In this document: positions 31,153-40,280 of the stretch, piece after piece | Position numbering within the stretch: position 1 is the stretch's first letter | Layout: each line of letters begins with the position of its first letter | NCBI GenBank assembly: GCA_965203515.1 | Contig: OZ241907.1 | Coordinates: 96,001-160,000, forward strand | DNA length: 64,000 bases | From: Spirochaetia bacterium | GTDB lineage: Bacteria; Spirochaetota; Spirochaetia; SZUA-6; Bin103 | Reading direction: 5' to 3' | Notes under the pieces: generated by a model | Database searches by the model: none | The model's input: only the letters and a program-made list of their open reading frames with translations | What the model was told of the DNA's origin: nothing | Position numbers and translations under genes: made by a program

Positions 31153-31350
31153 AGTCGCCCGAAAGTTGGCGATTCTCGGTTGCAGCGAGCGTCAATGACG
31201 AGGCAGTGGTTCTCATCGGAAGTGGTACAATCCCGCGTCCCGGAGAACCACGGTCATTCCTGACCACGGTGGACGCGATCTGAAATCGGGAACGATCCGT
31301 GCGGCCGTTCGGCAGTTGGGAATCGATTGGCAGGATTTCAGAGCACGTAG
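31139..31350 (+). pseudogene. hicA: HicA family toxin with in-frame TGA
   Basis: From GTG 31139: VTYREVARKLAILGCSERQ*RGSGSHRKWYNP...VIPDHGGRDLKSGTIRAAVRQLGIDW. Stop at 31196-31198. Confidence 0.85.
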
Positions 31351-31425
31351 CCGCCCTGGGCGGCAACAGGTCTCAATCGGCGGCGGGGCCGGGGGTGCCG
31401 AACAACTGCGGTCCCATTTCTTCGA

Positions 31426-31677
31426 TCAGCTCGCCGACGACTCCCAGCGGGCCAGCTCGCTCTCTGGAAGCGGTTCGAAGAAGCGATCATCGACGACGAT
31501 CCGATCCCGCAACGCGCCGAACCGGCGCGTGCCCTCGAGGCCGACAAGACGCGCCACCGGATCGCCGTTACGAGCGATAACAACCTCCTCGCCGGCCTCC
31601 GCCCTGGCGAGAAGGCGCGAGAGCTGCGTCTTGGCCTGATGGACGTTCACCGTCACCGCCGGCGATTTCGCGTTCAT
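31426..31677 (-). CDS. Phd/YefM family antitoxin (orphan, no downstream toxin)
   Basis: VNVHQAKTQLSRLLARAEAGEEVVIARNGDPVARLV. Confidence 0.88.
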   Translation of the reverse strand: MNAKSPAVTVNVHQAKTQLSRLLARAEAGEEVVIARNGDPVARLVGLEGTRRFGALRDRIVVDDRFFEPLPESELARWESSAS

Positions 31678-31691
31678 CTAAGCAGCGCCGG

Positions 31692-32027
31692 TTATGAGAT
31701 CGCGTCCTGCACGCGGGCCAGCAGCTCCTCTTCAGTCTCGCACTCGATGATCCAGTCCCCTACCTGTTCCAGGCTTTCCGGATCGGTCAGACGGTGCAGC
31801 AGGACGGACAACCGCGGAGCCGTTTCCGCCGTGAACTTCAGCGCCGCCTGCCGGCACAGCCGCCTGCGTTCTTCGCTACGGCCCTGCTCGATGCCTTGCT
31901 CGATGCCGCGCTCGATGCCGCGCTCAATGCCGCGCTCAATGCCGCGCTCGATGCCCTGCTCGCGGCCTTCCTTCAGGCCCTGCTCGCGGCCTTCCGCGAC
32001 CCACCCGGCTACCAACTCCTGCAACAT
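31692..32027 (-). CDS. Putative intragenic small C-terminal Rpn protein (RpnS-type antitoxin), copy 1
   Basis: In-frame ATG at 32027 preceded by GGAGGAGGT with a 7-nt spacer; intact 111-aa frame. Confidence 0.6.
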   Translation of the reverse strand: MLQELVAGWVAEGREQGLKEGREQGIERGIERGIERGIERGIEQGIEQGRSEERRRLCRQAALKFTAETAPRLSVLLHRLTDPESLEQVGDWIIECETEEELLARVQDAIS

Positions 32028-32737
32028 CGGCCCTACCTCCTCCGATCCCGGCAACGATTCCAGCACCACGCCTTTCATCTTGCGCGGCACCAGCACCTGA
32101 TTCACCCATTCCCGGTACACTTGCGTCAACTCTGGGGTCTCCAACTCCCGCAGCCGCTCGAACAGCGCCGCCAGCAACTCCGGCACCCGCTCATCCGCGC
32201 GATTGGTCTCCAGCGCGATCAGCGCCGACACCAGGTTGCGACCCGGCAGATCGTCCGCTCCCAGCCGCCCCTGGTCAAGCAGATAGTAGCGCAGCGACGG
32301 CTGATACCGCGCCAGCGCCTCCCCGCCGAACGCGATCAGTTCCGCCACGTCCTCGGCGCCGTCCACGGCTGGCTCCCGTTGTAGATCACGATCGGCAACA
32401 CCGGCGGCAGCTTGTCATGTTCGCGCAGCACGCCGTCGTCGATCAGCTTCTCGTACAGCATGCCGGTGTAGGTCAGCATCCGCATTGCCATGGCCGGCTC
32501 GATGGTGGATTGGAACTCCAGCAGCACCAGGAGGTACAGCCATTCATCGTGGAACCGGACCCGCCACACCAGGTCGCCGTGGCGTTGGCGCAGGCGGTGG
32601 CTGACGAAGCTGGCCGGCACCGGGGTGAGGGTCGAGAAATCGAGCGCGTCGCTCCAGCCGCGGGCGGCGAAGCCGCGCAACAGGTCCTGAACCGTGTGCG
32701 GCTGCGCGAACAACCGCTTGTAGCCGGCGTCGTGCAT
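31692..32737 (-). pseudogene. Rpn family PD-(D/E)XK nuclease, copy 1, frameshift near 32358
   Basis: HDAGYKRLF, HGDLVWRV, LLEFQS, LPPVLPIVIYNG, GIERGIEQ tail. One C is missing relative to copy 2 (CTCGGCGCC vs CTCGGCCGCC); this could be a sequencing indel. Confidence 0.8.
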
Positions 32738-32864
32738 GGTGAATTATACCACACGCGAGCGGCAGGAAGGACCGGCTCACAGCAGCGGGCGGAGCAGCGG
32801 GCGAGGTGGACCCGGAGCTGGCGGCGCCGGCGGATCGGGTGCGGCCCCTGGGCGGCGGGCGCTG

Positions 32865-32973
32865 GGACAGCTCGGCGTACATCACGTTGTCGTAGTAGGG
32901 CGGGTCCAGGCCGGTGATCAGCGGGGCCATCTCGGCGTAGGACCAGCAGAACGCGAAGTCGCCGGTCGAACGT
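32865..32973 (-). pseudogene. Fragment of DUF1156 methyltransferase including the catalytic DPPYY motif
   Basis: DFAFCWSYAEMAPLITGL fused to DPPYYDNVMYAELS. Confidence 0.75.
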
Positions 32974-33265
32974 GGGATACTATGAGTGACGTCCTGGAAA
33001 ACGCCAAGGATGCTCTTGCCGCGGTCATCGAACTCTACGAGGAGGACGGCCGGTTGTGCGGTCCCATTTCTTCGATCAGCTCGCCAACTACTCCCAGCGG
33101 GCCAGCTCGCTCTCCGGGAGCGGTTCGAAGAAGCGGTCATCGACGGCGATCCGATCCCGCAACGCGCCGAACCGGCGCGTGCCCCGCGTACCCTTGAGGC
33201 GCGAGAGCTGCGTCCTGGCCTGATGGACGTTTACCGTCACCGCCGGCGATTTCGCTGTTCATCTT
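32974..33265. pseudogene. Degenerate duplicate of hicB and phd segments
   Basis: 32974-33057 matches 30989-31072 and then joins sequence matching 31407 onward (hicA deleted). The phd copy has an internal deletion. Confidence 0.85.
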
Positions 33266-33278
33266 AGCTCAGCGCCGG

Positions 33279-33650
33279 TTATGGGATCGCATCCTGCACG
33301 CGGGCAAGCAGATCCTCCTCCGTCGCGCACTCGATGATCCAGTCGCCCACCTGTTCCAGGCGCTCCGGATCGGTCAGAAGCTCCAGCAGGACGGACAACC
33401 GCGGAGCCGTTTCCGCCGTGAACTTCAGCGCCGCCTGCCGGCATAGCCGCCTTCGTTCTTCGCTACGGCCCCGCTCGATGCCCCGCTCGATGCCCCGCTC
33501 GATGCCCCGCTCGATGCCCCGCTCGATGCCCCGCTCGATGCCCTGCTCGATGCCCTGCTCAATGCCCTGCTCGATGCCCTGCTCGCGGCCTTCCTTCAGG
33601 CCCTGCTCGCGGCCTTCCGCGACCCACCCGGCTACCAACTCCTGCAACAT
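33279..33650 (-). CDS. Putative intragenic small C-terminal Rpn protein (RpnS-type antitoxin), copy 2
   Basis: Same GGAGGAGGT-7 nt-ATG; 123 aa, three more 12-bp GIE(R/Q) units than copy 1. Confidence 0.6.
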   Translation of the reverse strand: MLQELVAGWVAEGREQGLKEGREQGIEQGIEQGIEQGIERGIERGIERGIERGIERGIERGRSEERRRLCRQAALKFTAETAPRLSVLLELLTDPERLEQVGDWIIECATEEDLLARVQDAIP

Positions 33651-33700
33651 CGGCCCTACCTCCTCCGATCCCGGCAACGATTCCAGCACCACGCCTTTCA

Positions 33701-35032
33701 GGGGCTTCCGGGTTTCGTGTGGGTAGGGCGCCCTGACGGTGGCGGTGGCACCGCCAGCAAGGCTACGCTGGCGCCATGCGTGACAAGGAACTGTACGGCA
33801 GGATTCTGGGCGTCGAGGCACCGTGGCGAGTGGCCGACGTCGAACTGAACCTTCAGCAGGGCGAGATCGTGGTCCACGTCGAGCACGGCGGACCGCTCAC
33901 CTGCCCGCACTGCGGCCAAGCCGCGCGCCGCTACGACAGCCGTCAACGGCGGTGGCGCCATCTGGACACCTGCCAGTACCGCACCGTTCTGGCTGCCGAC
34001 GTACCGCGGTCTCAGTGCCGGCAGCACGGCGTCAAGCAGATCGAGGTGCCGTGGAGCGAAGGCCGCTCGCGGCTGACCGCGCTGTGCGAGGCGGTCGTGA
34101 TCGACTGGCTGCAGCACGCCACGATCGCGGCGGTGGCGCAGCAGATGCGGCTCAGCTGGGACGAGGTCGACGGAGTGATGCAGCGCGCGGTGCACCGCGG
34201 CTTACAACGGCGTGCGGCGCAGCTGCCGCCGCGGATCGGCGTGGACGAGACGTCGTTTCAGAAGCGCCATGAGTACGTGACGGTGATCAACGATCTGGAC
34301 GGGCACGTCGTGCACGTGGCCGATGGCCGCCGCAAGGAGGTGTTGGAGGAGTTCTACCAGCAGTTTGATCCTGAGCAGTTGGCTGGCGTCGAGACGGTCG
34401 CCATGGACATGTGGGAGCCGTACATCATCGCGACCGCCGCCTACGTGCCGGACGCGGAGCTCAAGATCGCGTTCGACAAGTTCCACGTCGCCCGGCACCT
34501 CGGCAACGCCGTTGACCAGGTACGGCGAGCCGAGAGCCGCCGGCTGGCCGGCAGCGGTGATGATCGGCTGAAGGGCAGCCGCTATGCGTGGCTGACCAAC
34601 CCCGAGCACATGGATGCCGAGCGTTGGCGGCAGTTCGCTGACTTGCGGGACAGCGCGCTGCAGACCGCGCGCGCCTGGGGCTACAAGGAACATGCGATGA
34701 CGCTGTGGAAGTACCGCTCTCGCGGGTGGGCGCGCAAGGCGTGGCAGGCGTGGTACCGGTCGGCGATCCGGTGTCGTCTGGAGCCGGTCAAGCGGGTAGC
34801 GCGGATGGTCAAGCGTCATCTGGAAGGGATCGTGACGGCGGTGGTGCAGGGGGTGAGCAACGCGCGGGCGGAGTCGATCAACGCGGGGGTGCAGAGGTTG
34901 AAGTACGCAGCGCGCGGCTTTCGCAACCGGCAGAGGTTCCGCAACGCCATCTACTTTCACCTCGGCGGTCTTGACCTCTACCCCGCCAGTGTCGGCCGTG
35001 ACCACCTCGTCCACACGAAAGCCTGAAGACCC
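33701..35032 (+). mobile_element. ISL3 family insertion sequence (1332 bp)
   Basis: 22-bp inverted repeats GGGGCTTCCGGGTTTCGTGTGG / GGGTCTTCAGGCTTTCGTGTGG (19/22). 8-bp target duplication GCCTTTCA at 33693-33700 and 35033-35040. The empty site is visible in Rpn copy 1. Confidence 0.95.
33776..35026 (+). CDS. ISL3 family transposase
   Basis: CPHCG zinc finger, WRHLD, IGVDET, VAMDMW, FDKFHV, SNARAESIN, ARGFRN. Confidence 0.95.
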   Translation: MRDKELYGRILGVEAPWRVADVELNLQQGEIVVHVEHGGPLTCPHCGQAARRYDSRQRRWRHLDTCQYRTVLAADVPRSQCRQHGVKQIEVPWSEGRSRLTALCEAVVIDWLQHATIAAVAQQMRLSWDEVDGVMQRAVHRGLQRRAAQLPPRIGVDETSFQKRHEYVTVINDLDGHVVHVADGRRKEVLEEFYQQFDPEQLAGVETVAMDMWEPYIIATAAYVPDAELKIAFDKFHVARHLGNAVDQVRRAESRRLAGSGDDRLKGSRYAWLTNPEHMDAERWRQFADLRDSALQTARAWGYKEHAMTLWKYRSRGWARKAWQAWYRSAIRCRLEPVKRVARMVKRHLEGIVTAVVQGVSNARAESINAGVQRLKYAARGFRNRQRFRNAIYFHLGGLDLYPASVGRDHLVHTKA

Positions 35033-35831
35033 GCCTTTCATCTTGCGCGGCACCAGCACCTGATTCACCCATTCCCGGTACACTTGCGTCAACTCCGGGG
35101 TCTCCAACTCCCGCAGCCGCTCGAACAGCGCCGCCAGCAACTCCGGCACCCGCTCATCCGCGCGATTGGTCTCCAGCGCGATCAGCGCCGATACCAGGTT
35201 GCGACCCGGCAGATCGTCCGCTTCCAGCCGCCCCTGGTCAAGCAGATAGTAGCGCAGCGACGGCTGATACCGCGCCAGCGCCTCCCCGCCGAACGCGATC
35301 AGTTCCGCCACGTCCTCGGCCGCCGTCCACGGCTGGCTCCCGTTGTAGATCACGATCGGCAACACCGGCGGCAGCTTGTCATGTTCGCGCAGCACGCCGT
35401 CGTCGATCAGCTTCTCGTACAGCATGCCGGTGTAGGTCAGCATCCGCATTGCCATGGCCGGCTCGATGGTGGATTGGAACTCCAGCAGCACCAGGAGGTA
35501 CAGCCATTCATCGTGGAACCGGACCCGCCACACCAGATCGCCGTGGCGCTGGCGCAGGCGGTGGCTGACGAAGCTGGCCGGCACCGGGGTGAGGGTCGAG
35601 AAATCGAGCGCCTCGCTCCAGTCGCGGGCGGCGAAGCCGCGCAACAGGTCCTGAACCGTGTGCGGCTGCGCGAACAACCGCTTGTAGCCGGCATCGTGCA
35701 TGGTGAGGCGACGATCATACCGCATCCGCTGATCTTTCAGGCGATGATGGGGATTGCGCTGGTCGTGCGTGGACGCCACGTGGCAGCATGATCCGGCGGA
35801 CGCGGAGATCGATCATTTCTCGGGGACACGG

Positions 35832-36563
35832 GTGGTGACCAGTCGTCATCAGGTGCGCGTCGGTGACGCCACCATCGAGTACGCCGTCCGCCGCAGCGAA
35901 CGGCGCCGGAAGACGGTGCAGATCACCGTGGACCGCGACGGCGTTCGGGTCGCCGCGCCCGCCGGCATCGCGGATCGTGAGCTGCGCGCTCTGGTCGTCA
36001 AGCGAGCGCCGTGGATTCTCCGGCACGCCAACGCGCAACCGGACGCCATTGAGCCGAAGCGGTTCGTCAGCGGTGAGACGCTGCCCTACCTGGGCCGCGA
36101 CGTGCGCATCCTGGCGGTGCCGGCCGCCGGTCGCTCGGCGGAAGTCACGATCGACCGCGGCCATCTGCGGATCGCCGTGCCGGCGCGTCTCCCGGAGATC
36201 GAGCGTAGCGAGGCCGCCCGCGGCGCCGTGGTCATGTGGTATCGACTCCGCGCGGGGGAACACGTCCCGGCGCGCGTCGACCGGTGGCGCCGGCTCCTCG
36301 GCGAGGTCTTCGACCCGCGCATACTGATCCGCGATCAGCGCCGCCGGTGGGGAAGCTGCGCGGCCGACGGCACCTTGCGCTTCAACTGGCGCGTCATGAT
36401 GCTCGAACCTGCGCTGATCGATTACATCGTCGTGCACGAGCTGGCCCATCTGCAGGTGAGGAATCATTCGGCCGCGTTCTGGAACCTGATAGCGCGATCG
36501 ATGCCCGACGTGCAGGAGCGCCGGCGGAGGCTCCGGGAAGTCGGCCAAACGCTCCCGCTGTGA
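35832..36563 (+). CDS. YgjP/DUF45-type (M48/SprT-like) zinc metallohydrolase
   Basis: GETLPYLG, RWGSC, FNWR, YIVVHELAHL...HS..FW. Start approximate. Confidence 0.88.
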   Translation: MVTSRHQVRVGDATIEYAVRRSERRRKTVQITVDRDGVRVAAPAGIADRELRALVVKRAPWILRHANAQPDAIEPKRFVSGETLPYLGRDVRILAVPAAGRSAEVTIDRGHLRIAVPARLPEIERSEAARGAVVMWYRLRAGEHVPARVDRWRRLLGEVFDPRILIRDQRRRWGSCAADGTLRFNWRVMMLEPALIDYIVVHELAHLQVRNHSAAFWNLIARSMPDVQERRRRLREVGQTLPL

Positions 36564-36602
36564 CCGCCGTTCCGAGTGACGGTCACGACCCGCGCGTCCC
36601 GA

Positions 36603-37745
36603 TCAGCCGGCCAGCCAGGCGGCGCGGCGCCGATGGGCGGCTACGTACTGGTAGCCGTAGTCCGGGTCCGGGGCGACCGGGATGGCGTTGCCGCGCGGCG
36701 GGTAGCGGGCGATCGCCTCCTCGTCCAGATCGACGCCGAGCCCGGGGCGGTCGGGCACCAGGACGTGCCCGTCCTCGATCACCGGCTGGCCGGTCATCAC
36801 CTCGTAGCGTTGCGGCACGTCGTTCACCAGGTACTCGTGGATCAGGTAGTTCGGCAGGGTGGCGAGCAGATGGATCGCCGCCATCTCCGCCACCGGTCCG
36901 AGCGAGCCCTGATGCGGCGCGATCATCACCTGGTGCGCCTCGGCGATGGCGGCCAGCTTCTTCATCTGCCAGAGCCCGCCGAACCGGCCGGTGTCCGGCT
37001 GCGCGACGTCGATGATGCCGCGCTCGATCAGCGGGCGGAGCGCGAACATGCCGGGATACGCCTCACCGATCGCGATCGGCAGGTCGACCGCCCGCGCCAC
37101 CCGCGCCAGGCCGTCGGCGTCCACGGCCGAGACCGGATCCTCGTAGAACAGCAACCCGTAGCGTTCCAGCCGCCGTCCCAGCGAGATGGCGTCGGCCGGC
37201 GTCTGCCAGGGGCCGCCCCCGGCGTCGACCATCAGGTCGATGTCGGGGCCGTATTCGCCGCGCAGCTTCCCGATGCGGCTCACCGCGTCCTGCCATCCGA
37301 ACAGCTTCATCGCCGTGAATCCGCGATCGGCCAGCTCCCGCGCCCGTCCGTCGTCGAAGGCGTGACCGTAGAGCCGGATGCGGTCGCGCATCTTGCCGCC
37401 CAGCAGGTTCCAGACCGGCGTGCCGAGCGCCTTGCCCTTGAGGTCCCAGAGCGCCAGCTCGATGCCGGTGATGGCGCCGCTGCCGACCACGCCGGTCATG
37501 CCGTGCCCCTGCGTGGCGGCGTACAGCTTCTGCCAGATCCGCTCGATCAGGAACGGGTCTTCGCCCACGACCAGCGGCGTCAGGTCGGCGATCGCCGTCT
37601 GCACGACCCGCGGCCAGCCCCAGCACTCGCCGACGCCGTAGAGCCCCGCGTCGGTATGGACCTTGACGAACAGCCAGTGGCGCCAGGATGCGCGCCCGGG
37701 CGCGCCGCCGGAGACCAGGAACGTGCGAATATCGGTGATGCGCAT
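36603..37745 (-). CDS. Mandelate racemase/galactonate dehydratase-like enolase superfamily enzyme
   Basis: MRITDIRTF, GIELALWDLKGKALG.PV..LLGG, MVDA, YEDP, GE, QPD...GG, PGLGVD. Confidence 0.9.
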   Translation of the reverse strand: MRITDIRTFLVSGGAPGRASWRHWLFVKVHTDAGLYGVGECWGWPRVVQTAIADLTPLVVGEDPFLIERIWQKLYAATQGHGMTGVVGSGAITGIELALWDLKGKALGTPVWNLLGGKMRDRIRLYGHAFDDGRARELADRGFTAMKLFGWQDAVSRIGKLRGEYGPDIDLMVDAGGGPWQTPADAISLGRRLERYGLLFYEDPVSAVDADGLARVARAVDLPIAIGEAYPGMFALRPLIERGIIDVAQPDTGRFGGLWQMKKLAAIAEAHQVMIAPHQGSLGPVAEMAAIHLLATLPNYLIHEYLVNDVPQRYEVMTGQPVIEDGHVLVPDRPGLGVDLDEEAIARYPPRGNAIPVAPDPDYGYQYVAAHRRRAAWLAG

Positions 37746-37802
37746 GGTGAACGCCGCGGTTGACGCCGGCGCCAAACATACCCCATCCCGGATCGGCAAT
37801 CG

Positions 37803-40280
37803 GTGAGCGGGTTCGTTGGCTACATCCTCAACGCGACCTACGTCACGTCGCGCGGCCGCGCGGTCGTCCATCTGTACGGCAAGTTGCAGGACGGCCGCCC
37901 GTTTCTGGTTCGCGACGGCCGCGGCGTGCCCTGCTTCCACGTCGAGCGCGCCGATCGGGAGCGGGCGTCCGTCGCCGGGGCGCCCGCGCCGGTGTCGACC
38001 CGGCTCCGTACGCTGTATGGCGCGCCGGTGCAACGCGTGGAGCTGGCCCATCCTCGGCAGGCGCCGGCGCTGCGCGACCGGCTCCATCGAGCCGGCGTGC
38101 GCACCTACGAGGCGGACGTTCGCTTTGCCTACCGCTACCTCATCGACCGGGGCATCCGCAGCGCCGTGCGGATCCGCGGGAACCCGGCTTCCGCCGGCTG
38201 GGGCCGGCCGCCGACCGCGGTGTTCGACGAGCCGTCGCTGGAGCCGGCCGACTGGACGCCGGAGCTGACCACGCTATCGATCGACATCGAGACCGATCCC
38301 AAGGCGCAGCGCATCTACTCGGTGGCGTTGTGGGGCTGCGGAGCGCAGGAGGTGCTGCTGTGGTGCCCGGACGAGGCGGCCCGAGCCGCCTGTCCCAGCG
38401 GCGCCGTGCCGTGCGCGGACGAGGCGGAGCTGCTGATCGCCCTCTGTCGGCGGATCCGCGCGCTCGACCCCGACGTGGTGACCGGCTGGAACATCATCGA
38501 CTTCGACGTGCCGGTGCTGCTTCGCCGGGCGGCTGCCGCCGGCGTGACGCTGGCGATGGGCCGTGCGCCGGGGGAGCTCCGCCAGCGGGCCGGCGGCGCG
38601 CGCCGGTCCGGCGACTCGGTGTTCATACCGGGCCGCACCGTGCTGGACGGAATTCGCCTGCTGCGGGCGGTCGCGTTGCGGCTGCCGGGTTACGGCCTGG
38701 AGAGCGCCTCCCGCCATGTCCTGGGCGAGGGCAAGGTCTTCGTCGCCGCCGATCACGCCGCCGAGATACAACGCTGCTTTGCGCAGGACCCGGAGCGGTT
38801 CGTGCGCTACAACCTGACCGACGCGCGGCTGGCGTACGACATCCTGGAGAAGCTGCGGCTGGTCCCGTTCACCGTGCAGCGCAGCCTGCTCACCGGCATG
38901 CCGCCCGACCGCGCCGGCGCCTCGATCGCCGCCTTCGACTTCCTGTACCTGTCGCGCCTGCGGGAACGGGGCGTGGTGGCCCCCACCGTCGGGGCCGCGC
39001 CGGAAGATGGCGCCGCGCCGGGCTGGCCGGGTCAACAGGGTCGGCCGGGCCAACAGGGCGGGCACGTCCTGGCCTCGCAACCGGGGCTGCACGACGGCGT
39101 GCTGGTGTTCGACTTCAAGAGCCTGTATCCCAGCATCATACGCACCTTCCAGATCGATCCGCTCGGTCTGATCAGGCGACCGGCGCCGGACGGCCAAGCG
39201 TCTCCGGACGCCCAAGCGTCTCCGTACGCCCGGGACGCCGACGCCATCCGGGCGCCCAACGGCGCTCGCTTTCGCCGGCGGCGCGGCATCCTGAGCGGGC
39301 TGCTGGACGATCTGTTCGCCAGCCGCGAGCGCGCCAAGCGGCAGGGTGACGCGGTGGCCGCCAACGCCATCAAGCTCCTGATGAACTCCTTCTACGGGGT
39401 GCTGGGCACGCCGTCCTGCCGATTCTACGACCCGCGGCTGGCGAATGCCATCACCGGCTTCGGCAAGCACTTCCTGCTCTGGGCCAAGGCGTGGATGGAG
39501 CGGCGCGGGCTGCGCGTGCTGTACGGCGACACGGACAGCCTGTTCGTCGCGGCCGGCGAAGCCGGCGCGGCCGCGCAGGGCGCGCGGCTGGCCGAGGAGC
39601 TGACCGCGGACCTGGCCCGCTACGTCGAGGAGACCTGGCGGGTGCGGAGCGCCCTGCGCCTGGAGTTCGAGCTGCTGTTCGACCGGCTGTTCCTGCCGCC
39701 GCTGCGCTCCGGCGAGCGCGGCGCCGCCAAGCGGTACGTGGGCCGGTGCGGCGGCCGGCTGCACTTCACCGGCATGGAGGTAGTGCGCAGCGACTGGACC
39801 GAGCTGGCGCACGAGGTCCAGCGCGAACTCTACGGCCGCCTGTTCGCCGGCGATCCGGTCGAGGATTACCTGCGGCAGGTGATCGGCGAGGTCGCCGCCG
39901 GCCGGCGCGACCGGCAACTCGTCTACCGCAAGGCGCTCCGCAAGGGCGTGCGGGAGTATCGGGCGCTCCCGCCGCACGTAGTAGCGGCCCGCAAGCGGGG
40001 CGCGCTGCCGGCCGAGGAGCTGCGCGGCGTGATCGAGTACGTCATCACCGTCGAGGGACCGGAGCCGGCCGGCGGGCTCCGCAACCGCATCGACTACGAG
40101 CACTACGTCGAGCGCCAGATCCGTCCGGTAGCCGAGCCGGTGCTCGGCGTCCTGCGGCGGGACTTCGACGATATCCGCCGCAATCAGCGCCAGTTGGCGC
40201 TGTTCCCGGTGGCGGAGGAATCGGCGGCGGAATCGTCGGCGCGGGCGCGGCCTACAGGTCGACCGCCATCAGCCGCATGA
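37803..40280 (+). CDS. polB: DNA polymerase II (family B)
   Basis: Exonuclease SIDIET and GWNIIDFD; polymerase DFKSLYPSII, KLLMNSFYGVLG, YGDTDS, KRY. Confidence 0.93.
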   Translation: MSGFVGYILNATYVTSRGRAVVHLYGKLQDGRPFLVRDGRGVPCFHVERADRERASVAGAPAPVSTRLRTLYGAPVQRVELAHPRQAPALRDRLHRAGVRTYEADVRFAYRYLIDRGIRSAVRIRGNPASAGWGRPPTAVFDEPSLEPADWTPELTTLSIDIETDPKAQRIYSVALWGCGAQEVLLWCPDEAARAACPSGAVPCADEAELLIALCRRIRALDPDVVTGWNIIDFDVPVLLRRAAAAGVTLAMGRAPGELRQRAGGARRSGDSVFIPGRTVLDGIRLLRAVALRLPGYGLESASRHVLGEGKVFVAADHAAEIQRCFAQDPERFVRYNLTDARLAYDILEKLRLVPFTVQRSLLTGMPPDRAGASIAAFDFLYLSRLRERGVVAPTVGAAPEDGAAPGWPGQQGRPGQQGGHVLASQPGLHDGVLVFDFKSLYPSIIRTFQIDPLGLIRRPAPDGQASPDAQASPYARDADAIRAPNGARFRRRRGILSGLLDDLFASRERAKRQGDAVAANAIKLLMNSFYGVLGTPSCRFYDPRLANAITGFGKHFLLWAKAWMERRGLRVLYGDTDSLFVAAGEAGAAAQGARLAEELTADLARYVEETWRVRSALRLEFELLFDRLFLPPLRSGERGAAKRYVGRCGGRLHFTGMEVVRSDWTELAHEVQRELYGRLFAGDPVEDYLRQVIGEVAAGRRDRQLVYRKALRKGVREYRALPPHVVAARKRGALPAEELRGVIEYVITVEGPEPAGGLRNRIDYEHYVERQIRPVAEPVLGVLRRDFDDIRRNQRQLALFPVAEESAAESSARARPTGRPPSAA

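Larger units (their letters stand above)
33279..35701 (-). pseudogene. Rpn family nuclease, copy 2, interrupted by ISL3 element
   Basis: Near-identical to copy 1 on both sides of 33701-35032. Confidence 0.9.

Noticed and set aside
31196..31198. TGA in hicA as selenocysteine or recoded Trp/Gly
   Set aside because: TGA is the usual stop across this window and the position fits a CGA-to-TGA nonsense change.
22391..36563. Integron, prophage or diversity-generating retroelement as the cause of the island
   Set aside because: No tyrosine or serine recombinase, attC-like palindromes, phage genes or reverse transcriptase in the window. Paralogue differences are not adenine-specific.
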